From assembly GCA_951406725.2 (NCBI GenBank), contig OX597824.1:59086001-59150000 (forward strand): a stretch of DNA of 64,000 nucleotides. The letters are read 5' to 3'. The position numbers were made by a program, and so were the translations under genes. This document shows positions 13,200 through 25,649 of the stretch, piece after piece. The notes under the pieces are model-generated. The model made no database searches. It was not told the DNA's origin and was given only the letters and a program-made list of their open reading frames with translations. This DNA comes from Octopus vulgaris. Taxonomy: Eukaryota. Each line of letters opens with the position of its first letter. Positions within the stretch are counted from its first letter, which is position 1.

Positions 13200-13400
13200 G
13201 TGCCCGCCATCATCACTTGACGACACACCAGCTAGTGTGTTTAAATCTTCGTAACTTAGCGGTGTGTAGCAAAAGAAACCTATAGAATAAGTACTAGGCT
13301 TTAAAAAAATAAGTATTGCGGTTGAAACATTTAACTGAAAATTCATCACTAAGGTGCCCCAGCATGGCCGCAGTCTGATGACTAAAACAAGTAAAGGATG
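13200..13400 (+). mobile_element. SINE family A, 3' half, diverged
   Basis: aagaaacctatagaataagtactaggctt...ggtgccccagcatggccgcagtc tail. Confidence 0.75.
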
Positions 13401-13423
13401 AAAGACAAAAGATATGCATGCTT

Positions 13424-13858
13424 GTATGTATGTATGTATGTATGTATGTATGTATGTATGTATGTATGTATGTATGTATGTATGTATGTATGTATGTACG
13501 TATGTATGTGTGTATGTATGTGTGTATGTATGTATGTACGTATGTATGTACGTACATATGTATGTATGTATGCTTGTATATATGTATGTTTGTATGTATG
13601 TATGTTTGTATGTATGTATGCATGTATGTATGTTTGTATGTATGTATGTACGTAGGTATGTATGTTTGTATGTATGTATGCATGTATGTATGTACGTATG
13701 TTTGTATGTATGTACGTTTGCATGTATGTATCTATTTACGTATGTATGTATGTATTTATATATGTATGTATACGCGCATATCAACATACGCAGCTCCTTA
13801 CCTACCTACCACTCCTTCATTATATTCTCCCATTTATCTTTGTCTCTCTTACTCTTAA

Positions 13859-13940
<82 letters not shown>
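13424..13940 (+). repeat. (TATG)n and (TA)n microsatellite block
   Basis: Directly visible. Confidence 0.95.
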
Positions 13941-13941
<1 letters not shown>

Positions 13942-15288
13942 TGTCATATAACGTATCTATAAACTCTAAGTAGAACAAAATCCATTATGCTGTAATTATT
14001 CTCCAAAAGTTATTATTCACTCGGTGAAAGTTTTTATTTCATAGCTTTACCGATAATCAACTTTTTCTATCACTTTCCTTCTCACCAATCTTTTCTTGCA
14101 ATATCACACATTTCGTTTCTTTATTTCTTAGATTTTCTCCGACATATTCGTTATTTCCTACTTATTTCATTTTGACACCCATCGTTATAGTTTACCTCTT
14201 TGTTTCGTTTCCTTTATCTGTTTTTTTTTTTGTCACAAGAAAGATAATTCAATCTTTTATAACAGTTCCGTGTTTTTATTACTCGTTTCATACTTTCTGT
14301 ATCCCCATTTTCTCTCTCACTCTCCCTCTCTCTGTATTACTCTCACCATACGTGAGTATGTGTGTGTGTGTGTGTGTCTGTATACTTATACACACACACA
14401 CACACACATATATGTATATATATATATATACATGTATGGACGTACGTATGTATTATGTATGTGTATTTATATATATACATATATATATATATGCGCATAT
14501 ACACATACATGAAATATGCATATACGCACACATATGTGTACATGTGTATCTATATATATATGTTTGTGCGTGTTTGCGTGCGCGCATGTATGCATGTATG
14601 TATATATATGGATAAATAAATATATATATATCTATATATATATATATAGCTATATACATACATACATATATACCTCTAAACACGCACACATACATATTAG
14701 CATTCATTTATATGTATATATGTGTGTGTGTTTTGCGTGTGTTAGTGTGTGTGTTAGTGCGTGTGTGTGTCCATTTAGATGTATACGTTTATGGCACATA
14801 AACAGATGCGTAGACAGACAGAGAAGCAGACAAACAGGCTGACAGGCAAAAAGACATACATACAGACAGGCAGACAGACAAATAAACATGAGACAAGCAA
14901 ACAGCAGACAGGTAGATAGATATAATTATCTCTCAAAGTGCATTATGAGTGTATCGTCGATCAAAATCTATTTGCCGAATATAATTTATTTTAAAAATAT
15001 ATTACATTTTTCTTATTTAGTTATATTATGTTATATGCAATGTGCGCGTCTGTTTATACAGAAACATACAAACACTCACACACACACACACACACACACA
15101 TGTATATATACAGAACTCAACTTAAAAAATCTTGTTGCCTTGTTAGCGATCGGTTTGAACTCTCAAGAATTTCAATAAACGCTTGCATGCATACATACAT
15201 ACATACATTCAAGCATATAAGCACACAATATAAATTTGATTGCTAAAACCAGTACCTTGTATTTCACTCATAGTACAAAAAACAAATT

Positions 15289-15640
15289 CAGTTTTATATT
15301 TAAGAGATGAGATATGTACATTATTTACAATTGACGGATATTTGTTCTCATCTTGTTTGTTAACACAACGTTTCGGCTGATATACCCTCCAGCCTTCATC
15401 AGGTGTCTTAGGGAAATTTCGAACCTGGGTTCTCATTTCTGAGGTATTTTTCGCTGTTGTTGTTGCTATTGTTGTTGTTGTTGTTGTTTGTTATTATTGT
15501 TATTTTTATTATTCAGGTCACTGCCTTGAATCGAACTCGGAATATTGGGGTTAGTAGTCTGCGCTCTTAACCAGTACGCCATATTCCCGTGGGCATATGG
15601 CGTAGTGGTAAATACTGCAAATAATGTAAATAACGTACGA
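15289..15640 (-). mobile_element. tRNA-headed hammerhead-containing repeat with a partial head-to-head inverted copy
   Basis: Minus strand: A/B-box tRNA-like head 15588-15514, (AAC/AAT)n, HHR 15407-15362; palindromic centre gccatat.ccc gt gggcatatggc. Confidence 0.7.
15362..15407 (-). ncRNA. Minimal type-I hammerhead ribozyme
   Basis: GACAC-CUGAUGA-A-GGCUG(10-nt loop)CAGCC-GAAA-CG-UU-GUGUU; palindromic ACGU stem III. Confidence 0.8.
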
Positions 15641-15880
15641 AACAAATTTTACAGCATTTGTTATTTTTCCTAACCATATAAATACGTACACACATTCACA
15701 TACTCATCCAGCTGAACGCACATTGCCATACATATATCTGTACATTCATACAAACATAGGTACATACGCACAAATTGTTTCGACTGACTGTGTTTCAAAT
15801 TCTGCCTAAGTCGACTTGCCTTTCATCATTTCGAGGTCGATAAATTAAGTTCCAGTTGCTTACTGAGGTCGATCTAATTG

Positions 15881-15963
15881 TAGCCTTGGGCCGACCAAAG
15901 CCTTGTGAGTGGACTTGGCAGGCAGAAACTGAAAGAAGCTCGTCGTATATGTATGTATATATA

Positions 15964-16020
<57 letters not shown>

Positions 16021-16248
16021 GCGTGTGTGTATGTATTTGTATGTGTTTGTTCCACCACCATCGCTTGACAAAGGATGTTGGTGTGTTTACGTACCCGTAA
16101 CTTAGCCGTTCGGCAAAAGAGACCAATAAAATAAGTACTAGGCTTACAAAGAATAAGTACTGGGGTGGATTTTTTTGACTAAAGGCTGTACTCCAGCATG
16201 ACAACTGTCAAATGCCTGAAACAAGTGAAAGAAAAAAAGAAAAAAGAA
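15881..16248 (+). mobile_element. SINE family A, 5'-truncated
   Basis: Matches the full-length copy at 23029-23431. Confidence 0.85.
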
Positions 16249-16361
16249 TATTTATATAGTAGTAGTAGGAGCAGGAGGAGGGGGAGGGGGAGGAGGAGGA
16301 GGAGAGGAGGAGGGGAGGAGGAGGGGAGGAGGAGCAGGAGGAGGAGGAGAGGAGGAGGGGA

Positions 16362-16609
16362 GGAGCACTCCGTGGGTTACGACGACGTGGGTCCCAGCTG
16401 ATACGATCAACGGAACAGCTCTCTTGTGAAATTAACGTGCAAGTGGTGGAGCACTTCACGGACACGTGTACCCTTAATGCAGTTCTCAGGGAGATTCAGC
16501 GTGATACAGAGAGTGATAAGAGTGTCTTGCTCAAGAACACAACGCGTAGCTGGGAATTAAACTCACGACCTTACAATTGTGAGCCGAATATCTCAACCAG
16601 TAAGCCACT
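16362..16609 (-). mobile_element. tRNA-derived SINE (family E), internally deleted
   Basis: tRNA-like head at the right end (gtggcttactggttgag...gagtttaattccc), CORE-like ttcttgagcaagacac. Confidence 0.6.
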
Positions 16610-16825
16610 TGGAAAATAATACAAGGTAGAGAATGCTAAAATAATTTTATCATGAAATACATTTTGTAACGGTTAGTACCGGTTTTAGACTTTTAGACTT
16701 TTTCAACTAAGAGTAAAACAAAGGTAGATATTAATTAAGAAGAATAACAATGAAATTGAAGAAAAAATTAAATGAAATGTTTTGTAAATATTTCCATAGT
16801 TTTGAAATAGGTAAGACATTTTCCT

Positions 16826-16864
<39 letters not shown>

Positions 16865-16979
16865 TCCTTTGTGAAGGCTCGGTAGGTAGTAACAGATCTG
16901 AAGAATTTGTGTTTATGGGTACAGAGAAATATTTGGTTCTGAAATTTAATGGTTTAAGCAGCAGCAGCCGAGTAAGTGG

Positions 16980-17158
16980 AAGAAGAAGACGAAGAAGAAG
17001 AAGAAGAAGAAGAAGAAGAAGAAGAAGAAGAAGAAGAAGAAGAAGAAGAAGAAGAAGAAGAAGAAGAAGAAGAAGAAGAAGAAGAAGAAGAAGAAGAAGA
17101 AGAAGAAGAAGAAGAAGAAGAAGAAGAAGAAGAAGAAGAAGAAGAAGAAGAAGAAGAA
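16980..17158 (+). repeat. (GAA)n microsatellite
   Basis: Directly visible. Confidence 0.98.
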
Positions 17159-17821
17159 GGAAAAGACGGGAGTGGCATGACCAAGTAATAGATGGTGTCT
17201 GTGGAATCTACTTTAATGCAGATTTACATACTCTGACACCAAAAACCGTAGGCCAACGATATTGTCATTCATTCCGAGTCAATTAATGAAATATCAGTCA
17301 TTTAATAGGCATTGCAACATGTAATTCTCTTTCTTTCTCTCTGTTTTTCTCTCTCACTCTCTCTCTCTCTCTTTCTCTCTCTCTCACACACTCACTCTCT
17401 CTCTCTCTTCCTCTCTTTAACTATTGCACCAATGTGACCCAAACCATGTGAGTGAACTTGATAGGCAGAAATTATGTGGAAGCCTGTCGTATATACGTAT
17501 ATAGGTGTTTATGTCTATACATACAAGATTAAATGACAGTAGAACAGGAATTACGTAATAAACTTAGTAGCTTACAGCTGTTTCTTTACCCTCAGTGCTG
17601 AGTACTTGTGTATCACCTTGTAAATTCTTACGATCTATAACTTCTTGCGATCTACATGCTTATACATATGTGTGTGGGGTGTGTGGAGGTGTGGGGGTGT
17701 ACTCCTATATAAAGTTGGAAACTGAGGAAAAGAAATCCTTTAAAGTAGTGTGTTAAACATCCAATTCACTGGTACTTCAGTTGGGTACCATATAAATATT
17801 GGTATAATTCAATAATAATGA

Positions 17822-18330
17822 TTAATTAAGTATAGAAATATTCTATTGACAATCAAATAATTTATTTATATTACAGTATTACATTAAATACTATGAATAT
17901 AATATATAACATAATATAGTATTATATAAATAATTATAAAAACCATAAAAGGCCAACAAATTGTTTCGACTCTGTGTTTCAAATTCTGCCTAAGTCGACT
18001 TTGCCTTTCATCATTTCGAGGTCGATAAATTAAGTACCAGTTGCTTACTGAGGTCGATCTAATCGACTGGCCCACTCCCCAAAACACGGAATTTCTTCTT
18101 TTCTGAACCAAATACCCTGAAGTGACTATATATATATATAATGGAACTGTGATTATGTAAATCAGAAAAAAAATATAAATAAGTCGAAACAATTTGTTGG
18201 CCTTTTATGGCTTTTATAATTATTTATATAATATTATGTTATGTTATATATTATATTCATATTCATAGTATTTAATATAATAGTATAAATAAATTATTTG
18301 ATTGTCAATAGAATATCTCCATATTTAATT
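17822..18330. repeat. Foldback: ~150-bp inverted arms (17822-17970 / 18182-18330) around a SINE-C fragment and a hammerhead-like motif
   Basis: Arms are reverse complements (e.g. ccataaaaggccaacaaattgtttcgact / agtcgaaacaatttgttggccttttatgg). Confidence 0.85.
18114..18202 (+). ncRNA. Degenerate hammerhead motif (A9U)
   Basis: CUGAAGU-GACU...AGUC-GAAA-CAAUUUG-UU; stem I only 2 bp. Confidence 0.45.
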
Positions 18331-18916
18331 TATCTTTATATATATTTGCGTTTATCCTCCCCACTGTTTGACTTCCTTGCCACAGAATATCGGTGTGGGA
18401 AGAAAGTCAGGAAATAGGAATTTGAAAATCTAGCGTCCATCGCGTTTGTAGGATCTGTAATTGGAATAGTTACATTTCAAAGGTAGTGCATGCTCTTAAT
18501 GAAAGTGATCCGATCGAGAAGTGGGGCTTTGCGAGTGGTACTTAGCAAGATGTGTAAAGATGCACACCTTCCAACAAATATTGATTGGGGTGATGAGACT
18601 ATATTTAAATTAATTAGTTCAATTAACCTCTACAGTTGCACTTAAGGGTGACCTGAGAAACCGTATATCACGCGAATACATAATGTTAGTTCAGTAGGAG
18701 TTGCATTATAGTGTGGTTTATCCTAAAAAGAAATAACTGGGCATTTCTTTTTGATGGTATTTTGACTGAAAACAGGTATTGAAAGGGAAAAAACTAAACT
18801 CTCTGTATATATTCAATTAAATATTGAAAGTGAAATGTATTAGAGCTTTGGTTTAAACTTAATATATAATCATATATTGTGTATATACATATTTTAAAAT
18901 AGCCTGTATGCATACG

Positions 18917-18959
<43 letters not shown>

Positions 18960-19040
18960 GTGTGTGTGTGTATGTGTGTGTGTGTGTGCGCGCGCGAGTG
19001 AGTGTGTGTGTGTGTGCGTGTGTGGGTGTGTGTATGTCGA

Positions 19041-19318
19041 TGCCAATGGCCCAGTGGTTAGGGCAGCGGATTCGCGGTCGTAGGATCGCGGTTTCAATTC
19101 CTATATTGGGCGTTGTGGGTGTTTATTGAGCGAAAACACCTACAAGCTCCACGAGGCTCCGGCAGTGGGTGGTGGCGAACCCTGCAGTACTCTTTCACCA
19201 CAATTTTCTCTCACTCTTTCTTCTGTTGGCTTGCTTGCGTAGCCAGAGGGGTGGCGTCATTTGAAGGCTAAAACAATGCAAAGCGCATTGTGATAGCTTG
19301 GTCGGTGATCACGGTGAT
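19041..19318 (+). mobile_element. SINE family B (tRNA-derived, 3' end cacggtgat in (TA)n)
   Basis: A box tggcccagtggtt, B box ggtttcaattcc; homologous to 43959-44335, 46082-46390, 34661-34812 and 56362-56483. Confidence 0.85.
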
Positions 19319-19367
19319 ATATATATATGTATATCTATTTGTTTGTCTGCCTGACTGTCTCTGTCCG

Positions 19368-19425
<58 letters not shown>

Positions 19426-19494
19426 AATATGTGTGTGTGTGTGTGTGTCTGTGTCTATATATATTGTATATGTATACATATATATGTATATGTA

Positions 19495-19529
<35 letters not shown>

Positions 19530-19652
19530 ACACACATACATATACACACACCACACATACTCACACTCATATACATACATACGTAATACATATATACATA
19601 TATATATATACATATATATATATACATATATACATATATACATACATACATT

Positions 19653-19734
<82 letters not shown>

Positions 19735-20711
19735 AACAGCAACACCAGTATCAGATGAAACCATTTCGATATGTGACCGTTGACCAGTTTCTTAGACAAC
19801 TCATGTCTGCCTTTCTGTTGCAGTGCTTCTCACAGACAAACTTCCACAGTTTACATCTCAAACACAAATCAACGGTGGCATCTGTTTTTTTTCTTTTTTG
19901 TTGTTATTGCTGTAGTGTTTCTATTTCGTTTTCCTTTTCTTTGTCAATGTTGTTCTTATTGTTAATGTTTTATTGTTATTGTTGTTGTGCACAAATTGTT
20001 TATATCGTTATTGTTTAAGTCATCGGTGTTGTTTTTGTCGCTGCTGCTTATGTTAGTTTTTTTTTTATCATTATCGTTCGTGTCATTGTCGTCGTTGGTG
20101 TTGTTGTTGCAGTTGCTTTCCTTGTTAATTGTCTTTGTTGTTGTTGATGTTGCTATATATATATACTTTTTTTTCTTTGGTCTTTGTGTCCCCATTTATA
20201 TTTTTTTCTTTTAGTTATTTCTTCATATTATTGAACCACATCGGCGCCACCGTTTAGACATCGGGGCTTTTCGCATTAATCTTTAGTGTTCCTCCACTAG
20301 GAAGGTTTCGGCATTTATTATGTGAATGTTTAGTTTTAAACAAACATTTTCGGTAATAAGTCATCCTTGCGAATCAATGTGCATACATAGTGACATAGGG
20401 AGGGAGAGAGAGAGAGAGAGCGCGGGTGATAGGGGTGAAATAGTAGGAGAGAAAGCGGGAGAGAGGAAGAGAGGAAGGAGCGTGAGAGGGAGAGAATATT
20501 ACAAAAATATATAAAAACGAATGCTGGAATAATGAATAGGAACAGCCAAACGAAGAACAAAACGATTTACTTTTCTTTGCGATATGGTTGTGTGTGTGTG
20601 TGTGTGTGTGTGTTTGTTTGTTTGTGTGTGTGCGGGCGTGTGAATACACACACCTACAAACACAAACCCAAACATGCACATGCACAAACACACGCACACA
20701 TGCAAGCACAC

Positions 20712-20753
<42 letters not shown>

Positions 20754-20762
20754 GAGTCTAAA

Positions 20763-20825
<63 letters not shown>

Positions 20826-21327
20826 TTGCATACATAAGATTCACTGTTTGTATAGGTTCCCGTTGCAATAATATATTTATTTGCAAATACAGAAACACAG
20901 AGATTCAGTGACTAAGAAACCCTCAGTAGCATTCCTTATTTCTCGTAAAGTTAACTCGAATTAATAACATTTATAACATGTTTGCGCTTCGTGTTAATTA
21001 TACACACTCTGCTACATCGTTTATGCCTCACGCATCTCACACAAAAGTAGTTAACTCAATTTGTTCTCGTTTACAACACTTTTGATACAAACCCGCTAGT
21101 TCTTTGACACGGCACTATCGAATTTAATGTGTTTATATATAAATTTACACTTCATTATAATTCTGTATCGTAATAATTTACGTTTCAAATATCAAATTAA
21201 TAATATCAAATTATTGAGTTATTTTAGTAAAAGCTTTAAATTCGTCATTATTTTAAAACTAATTCAATTTCATAGAAAATATATTACAACAGGATTATGG
21301 ACACAAAAGAGCTAAGATCTTCTAAAC

Positions 21328-21652
21328 CACGGTTTCTCAGCCATTTTTGCTTTTTCATCTATGGACCCCTTTGATTAATATTTTATTGTAGTGGACCCCC
21401 TTAGCCATTCGATATTTAAAAACTAGTTTTATAGAAACTTCTTTCAAAATTCTTATTTTGTTTTTCACACATTCACTTGCGTAAGTTGAACTATGTAAAA
21501 CGTACAAGAGATAGACCTAGCTGTTTCGTGCAATATATACCACACATCTAGAGCAAAACCTTTTTAGGAACCCTTAAAATACTATTGTGGATTTACTATT
21601 TTGTTGTGTGGACCCCCAAATATTTTATATGCCGCCTGGTTGAGAACCAATG
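21328..21652. mobile_element. hAT/Charlie-like MITE
   Basis: TIRs cacggtttctcagcc / ggttgagaaccaatg, subterminal ggacccc motifs, 8-bp nTCTAnnn-type flanks (ttctaaac / atctaatt). Confidence 0.7.
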
Positions 21653-22482
21653 ATCTAATTTGATATGAAAGGACACTACTACGAAAACTGTGCGCTCGCG
21701 CGAGTGCGTGTTTAGGAAAGAACGTAAAATTACGAAGAAAGAGTTTCTTATAGTTCACTGCAGTTCGTGACGTTAATAAGGTCGCAATTATCTTGCGAGA
21801 TGTAAGACAACAAATCAAGAAAAAAAATAAATAAAAAGCCAAAACTAATCAATAAATCTAAATGGATCTTCTTAACTACCGAGAAACATTATGAGGATTA
21901 ACTAAGTGATTTATTTATTCTCACAGTGAGCCTAAACTGATGTCTATTAAACGTATAATTGTAATTTGTTGCCGCAGTTAACTTTCAGTATACTGTATCT
22001 GTACTCTAGTTAAAACTATATTGCGCCTTAGCGGATACTCGACGTTTTACAGTTACATTCCTCATGAAGAAGTGGTTCTTACAGTTTTTTTGTGGCCAAG
22101 GACAATCTGATGAATCCTGACCACGGAGTTGACGAAATACCAAGTTATTAATTACATGACTTAATATTTCTCTCTGGTTGGTAATGTGACGATGGTGTAC
22201 AATTTTTAAAGCGTACTGGAAATTTTACTTCAACATTACGATATATATTGATATGTGTGTATGCATATGTATTTTATATATTTATATACATAATAACAGT
22301 TTAACTCGGTTCCGTGCAAGTAAAATTCGTAGACGTCAAGCGAACATACCTCATCAGAATTAGGTAAGCGAGATGGATTCGTTTGTCGAACTCAAAAAGT
22401 ATTAAGTTGCATGGGACCGAATCAAACTCTTATGTGTGCGTGTGTGTGTATCTATTTATCTCTCGCTCTCTACCTCTCTTTA

Positions 22483-22578
<96 letters not shown>

Positions 22579-22958
22579 AACAAACAAATGAGTAATAACA
22601 GCCGATGCCATTACAGACATTTATCCATCATATGTTATTATTCATTTGCTCATAATACAGCAAAAGGATTCACGACATGTCGGACATCCTACAGTATACC
22701 AAACAACGTCTGATCAACATGCTAGATACTCGTAGAGGTGGATTTTTCTCTGTGTGCAAAAACTAAATATTTTACAGGATATTTATTCGACTAAAAGTGG
22801 TGATCACAGGTCAACTCAACACTACCCGGTGCATATCATTCATGTACCTGCTTCTTTCAAGAATTCTTATTGTCATTAATATAATATAAAGTAATTTAAT
22901 ATAATGTAATTTAATATAATATACTATAATATACTATAATATAATATAATATAATATA

Positions 22959-22989
<31 letters not shown>

Positions 22990-22992
22990 GTG

Positions 22993-23028
<36 letters not shown>

Positions 23029-23030
<2 letters not shown>

Positions 23031-23431
23031 CGCAGGAGTGGGTGTGTGGTAAGTAGCTTGCTAACCAGCCACATGGTTCCGGGTTCAGTCCCACTGCGTG
23101 GCATTTTGGGCAAGTGTCTTCTGCTATAGCCCCGGGCCGACCAATGCCTTGTGAGTGGATTTGGTAATCGGAAACTGAAAGAAGCCTGTCGTATATATGT
23201 ATATATATATATGTATGTATGTGTGTGTTTGTGTTTGTGTGTATGTGTTTGTCCCTCTAGCATTGCTTGACAACCGATGCTGGTGTGTTTACGTCCCCGT
23301 CTCTTAGCGGTTCGGCAAAAGTGACCGATAGAATAAGTACTGGGCTTACAAAGAATAAGTCCTGGGGTCGATTTGCTCGACTAAAGGCGGTGCTCCAGCA
23401 TGGCCGCAGTCAAATGACTGAAACAGGTAAA
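23029..23431 (+). mobile_element. SINE family A, full length (tRNA head, CORE-like ttgggcaagtg, internal TA/TG tract, stem-loop tail)
   Basis: A/B boxes; more than 12 homologous pieces in the window. Confidence 0.92.
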
Positions 23432-23434
23432 ATA

Positions 23435-24340
23435 TACATATGTTTGTATGTATGCATATATTTTATTTATTACACTATTGTATGACTGAGCGCCTTCGCG
23501 TCGGTTCGATTCGATTCGTTTGGTTTCGTTTCGTCTCTCCTTCTTCTCTAAGCTAGTTTTTATATATAATTATGACGCGAAACCCTATAACTCCTTCTTC
23601 TCTCTTTCTTTCACCCTCTTGGGCTTCCTTCCTCTCTATCTCTCTCTCTCTCACTCCTCCTCATCTCTCTCACAGCCTGGTCTACGAACTTTCTTTCGAC
23701 GGCTGCCTTGTTCAAGTAAACATGTTTCTTCCTGCGCTCGCGAAAAAATATTTTTATTGTTTTTCCTCGTCTAGGCTTATAGGCCCTCTTTATTTGTTTT
23801 CCTGTCCTGTTTCTATTCCTTCTTGTACTCTATTTTTTGTAATTGTATCTTATTTTATATTTGTTTTTAATTGTATTGTTTTTACGTCCTTTTTTTGTCA
23901 CATTTTTTTCCTTGTTTTTACCCCTCTGCAAAGGAATTTTATTTTAATTCTTTCGCAGGAAGGACTAGTTCAGCGAGACGTGTTCTGTCCATCCTTCGAA
24001 AAACGCTGGAGTTGAACAAGGGACAGCTGATGAAGGGGATTTTTTCCTTGTGTAGTTGTCTTGTACTCTGTTTTTTCGTTGTTAAAAAAATGGTCCGTTC
24101 CATGCTGTCTTTACGTTTTCGTTTCTCGTTGAGTTCTGCGTCTATTTGTGGTGTACTGTACACACGTATATATATTTATATATGCATGTATATATACATG
24201 TAGATGTAGGTACGTACATATATGTTTGTATGTATGCATATATTTTATTTATAACACTATTGTATGACTGAGCGCCTTCGCGTCGATTCGATTCGTTTCG
24301 TTTCGTTTCGTCTATCTTCTCTAAGCTGGTTTACATATAT
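23435..24340 (+). mobile_element. ~785-nt unit with ~125-bp terminal direct repeat (pLTR-like partial tandem)
   Basis: 23435-23560 is repeated at ~24220-24340; the core is homologous to 39560-40090 (+) and 33690-33870 (-). Confidence 0.65.
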
Positions 24341-24499
24341 ATATATATATATAATTATTATTATTATTATTAAAATTATAATTTAGGGTATCTATGAGAT
24401 ATCGCCATGCTGAAAATAGCAGCCAGACATTCTAGAATACTATTAAATCTCATTCAATTTTAAAAAAGGTAAAATCGGACAGGCTTATGGGATGACCTG

Positions 24500-24549
<50 letters not shown>

Positions 24550-24559
24550 TAGATAATAT

Positions 24560-24620
<61 letters not shown>

Positions 24621-24674
24621 CAGACAGATAGATAGATATATTTATATGTACATGTATATGTATGTATGTATGTA

Positions 24675-24721
<47 letters not shown>

Positions 24722-24794
24722 TTATGATACCCTCCGCTATCTCTCCCTCTTTCTCCCTCTCTCTCTCTCTGTATATATATATATATATATATAT

Positions 24795-24958
24795 ACGACG
24801 GCCGTCTTTTCGTTTCCATCTACCAAATCCACTCACAAAGCTTTGGTTAGCTCGAGGCTGTAGTAGAAGACACTTGCCCAATGTGCCATGCAGTCGGACT
24901 GAACCCAAAACCATGTGGTTGGTAAACAAGCTACTTACTACACAGCCACTTCTGAGCC
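24795..24958 (-). mobile_element. SINE family A, 5' half
   Basis: Homology to family A head. Confidence 0.8.
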
Positions 24959-24961
24959 TAT

Positions 24962-24997
<36 letters not shown>

Positions 24998-25136
24998 TAC
25001 GTATTTGGTTTGCAAGATTCTTTATATGAGTTCGTGTGTTGAAACATATTCTATTACGTCTGGGGAGAGTAATTTTCTTTTAGTGCCTTATTATTTAACA
25101 CACTCACCGTTAAAATTTCCACTTATTTCTTATTTT

Positions 25137-25172
25137 CTAAAATTTTCGTTGCGCGTTGCAACCTTTTCAATA
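25137..25172 (-). ncRNA. Minimal hammerhead variant with U3-A8 pair
   Basis: UUGAAAA-G-GUUGC(AACGC)GCAAC-GAAA-AU-UU-UAG; palindromic AAUU stem III, short stem I. Confidence 0.55.
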
Positions 25173-25649
25173 TTCTTGACACTTATATATTTATATTTAT
25201 ATTTATATTTATATTTATATTGTCATATATATATATATATACACATACATACATATATACTTATATATATATATATATTCTTTTATTCTTTTACTTGTTT
25301 CTGTCATTTCCCTGCGGCCATGATGGAGCACCACCTTTAGTCGAACAAATCGACCCCAGGACATATTCTTTGTAAGGCTGGTGCTTCTTCAATCGTAATC
25401 TTTTGCCGAACTGCTAAGTTACGGTTTTGTAAACACACCAACATCATTTGTCAATGGTGGGTGGACAGACACAAATACATACAAACGCGCGCACGCGCGC
25501 ACGCGCGCACACATGCACATACACGCATATATACATAATTAAATAGTAATGTAATAATACATTACGGAGCATATATCATAAACAATAATTGTTTATGAAT
25601 ATATGAATGGCCTAACATTTTATCATAAAATACATAGAAGATGAGTGTT

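Noticed and set aside
16892-16942. CTGAAGA...GAAATATT possible hammerhead
   Set aside because: Stem II is wobble-rich and stem I is out of register; compatible with chance.
22104-22145. CTGATGA...GAAA possible hammerhead
   Set aside because: No convincing stem II closing at GAAA and no stem I.
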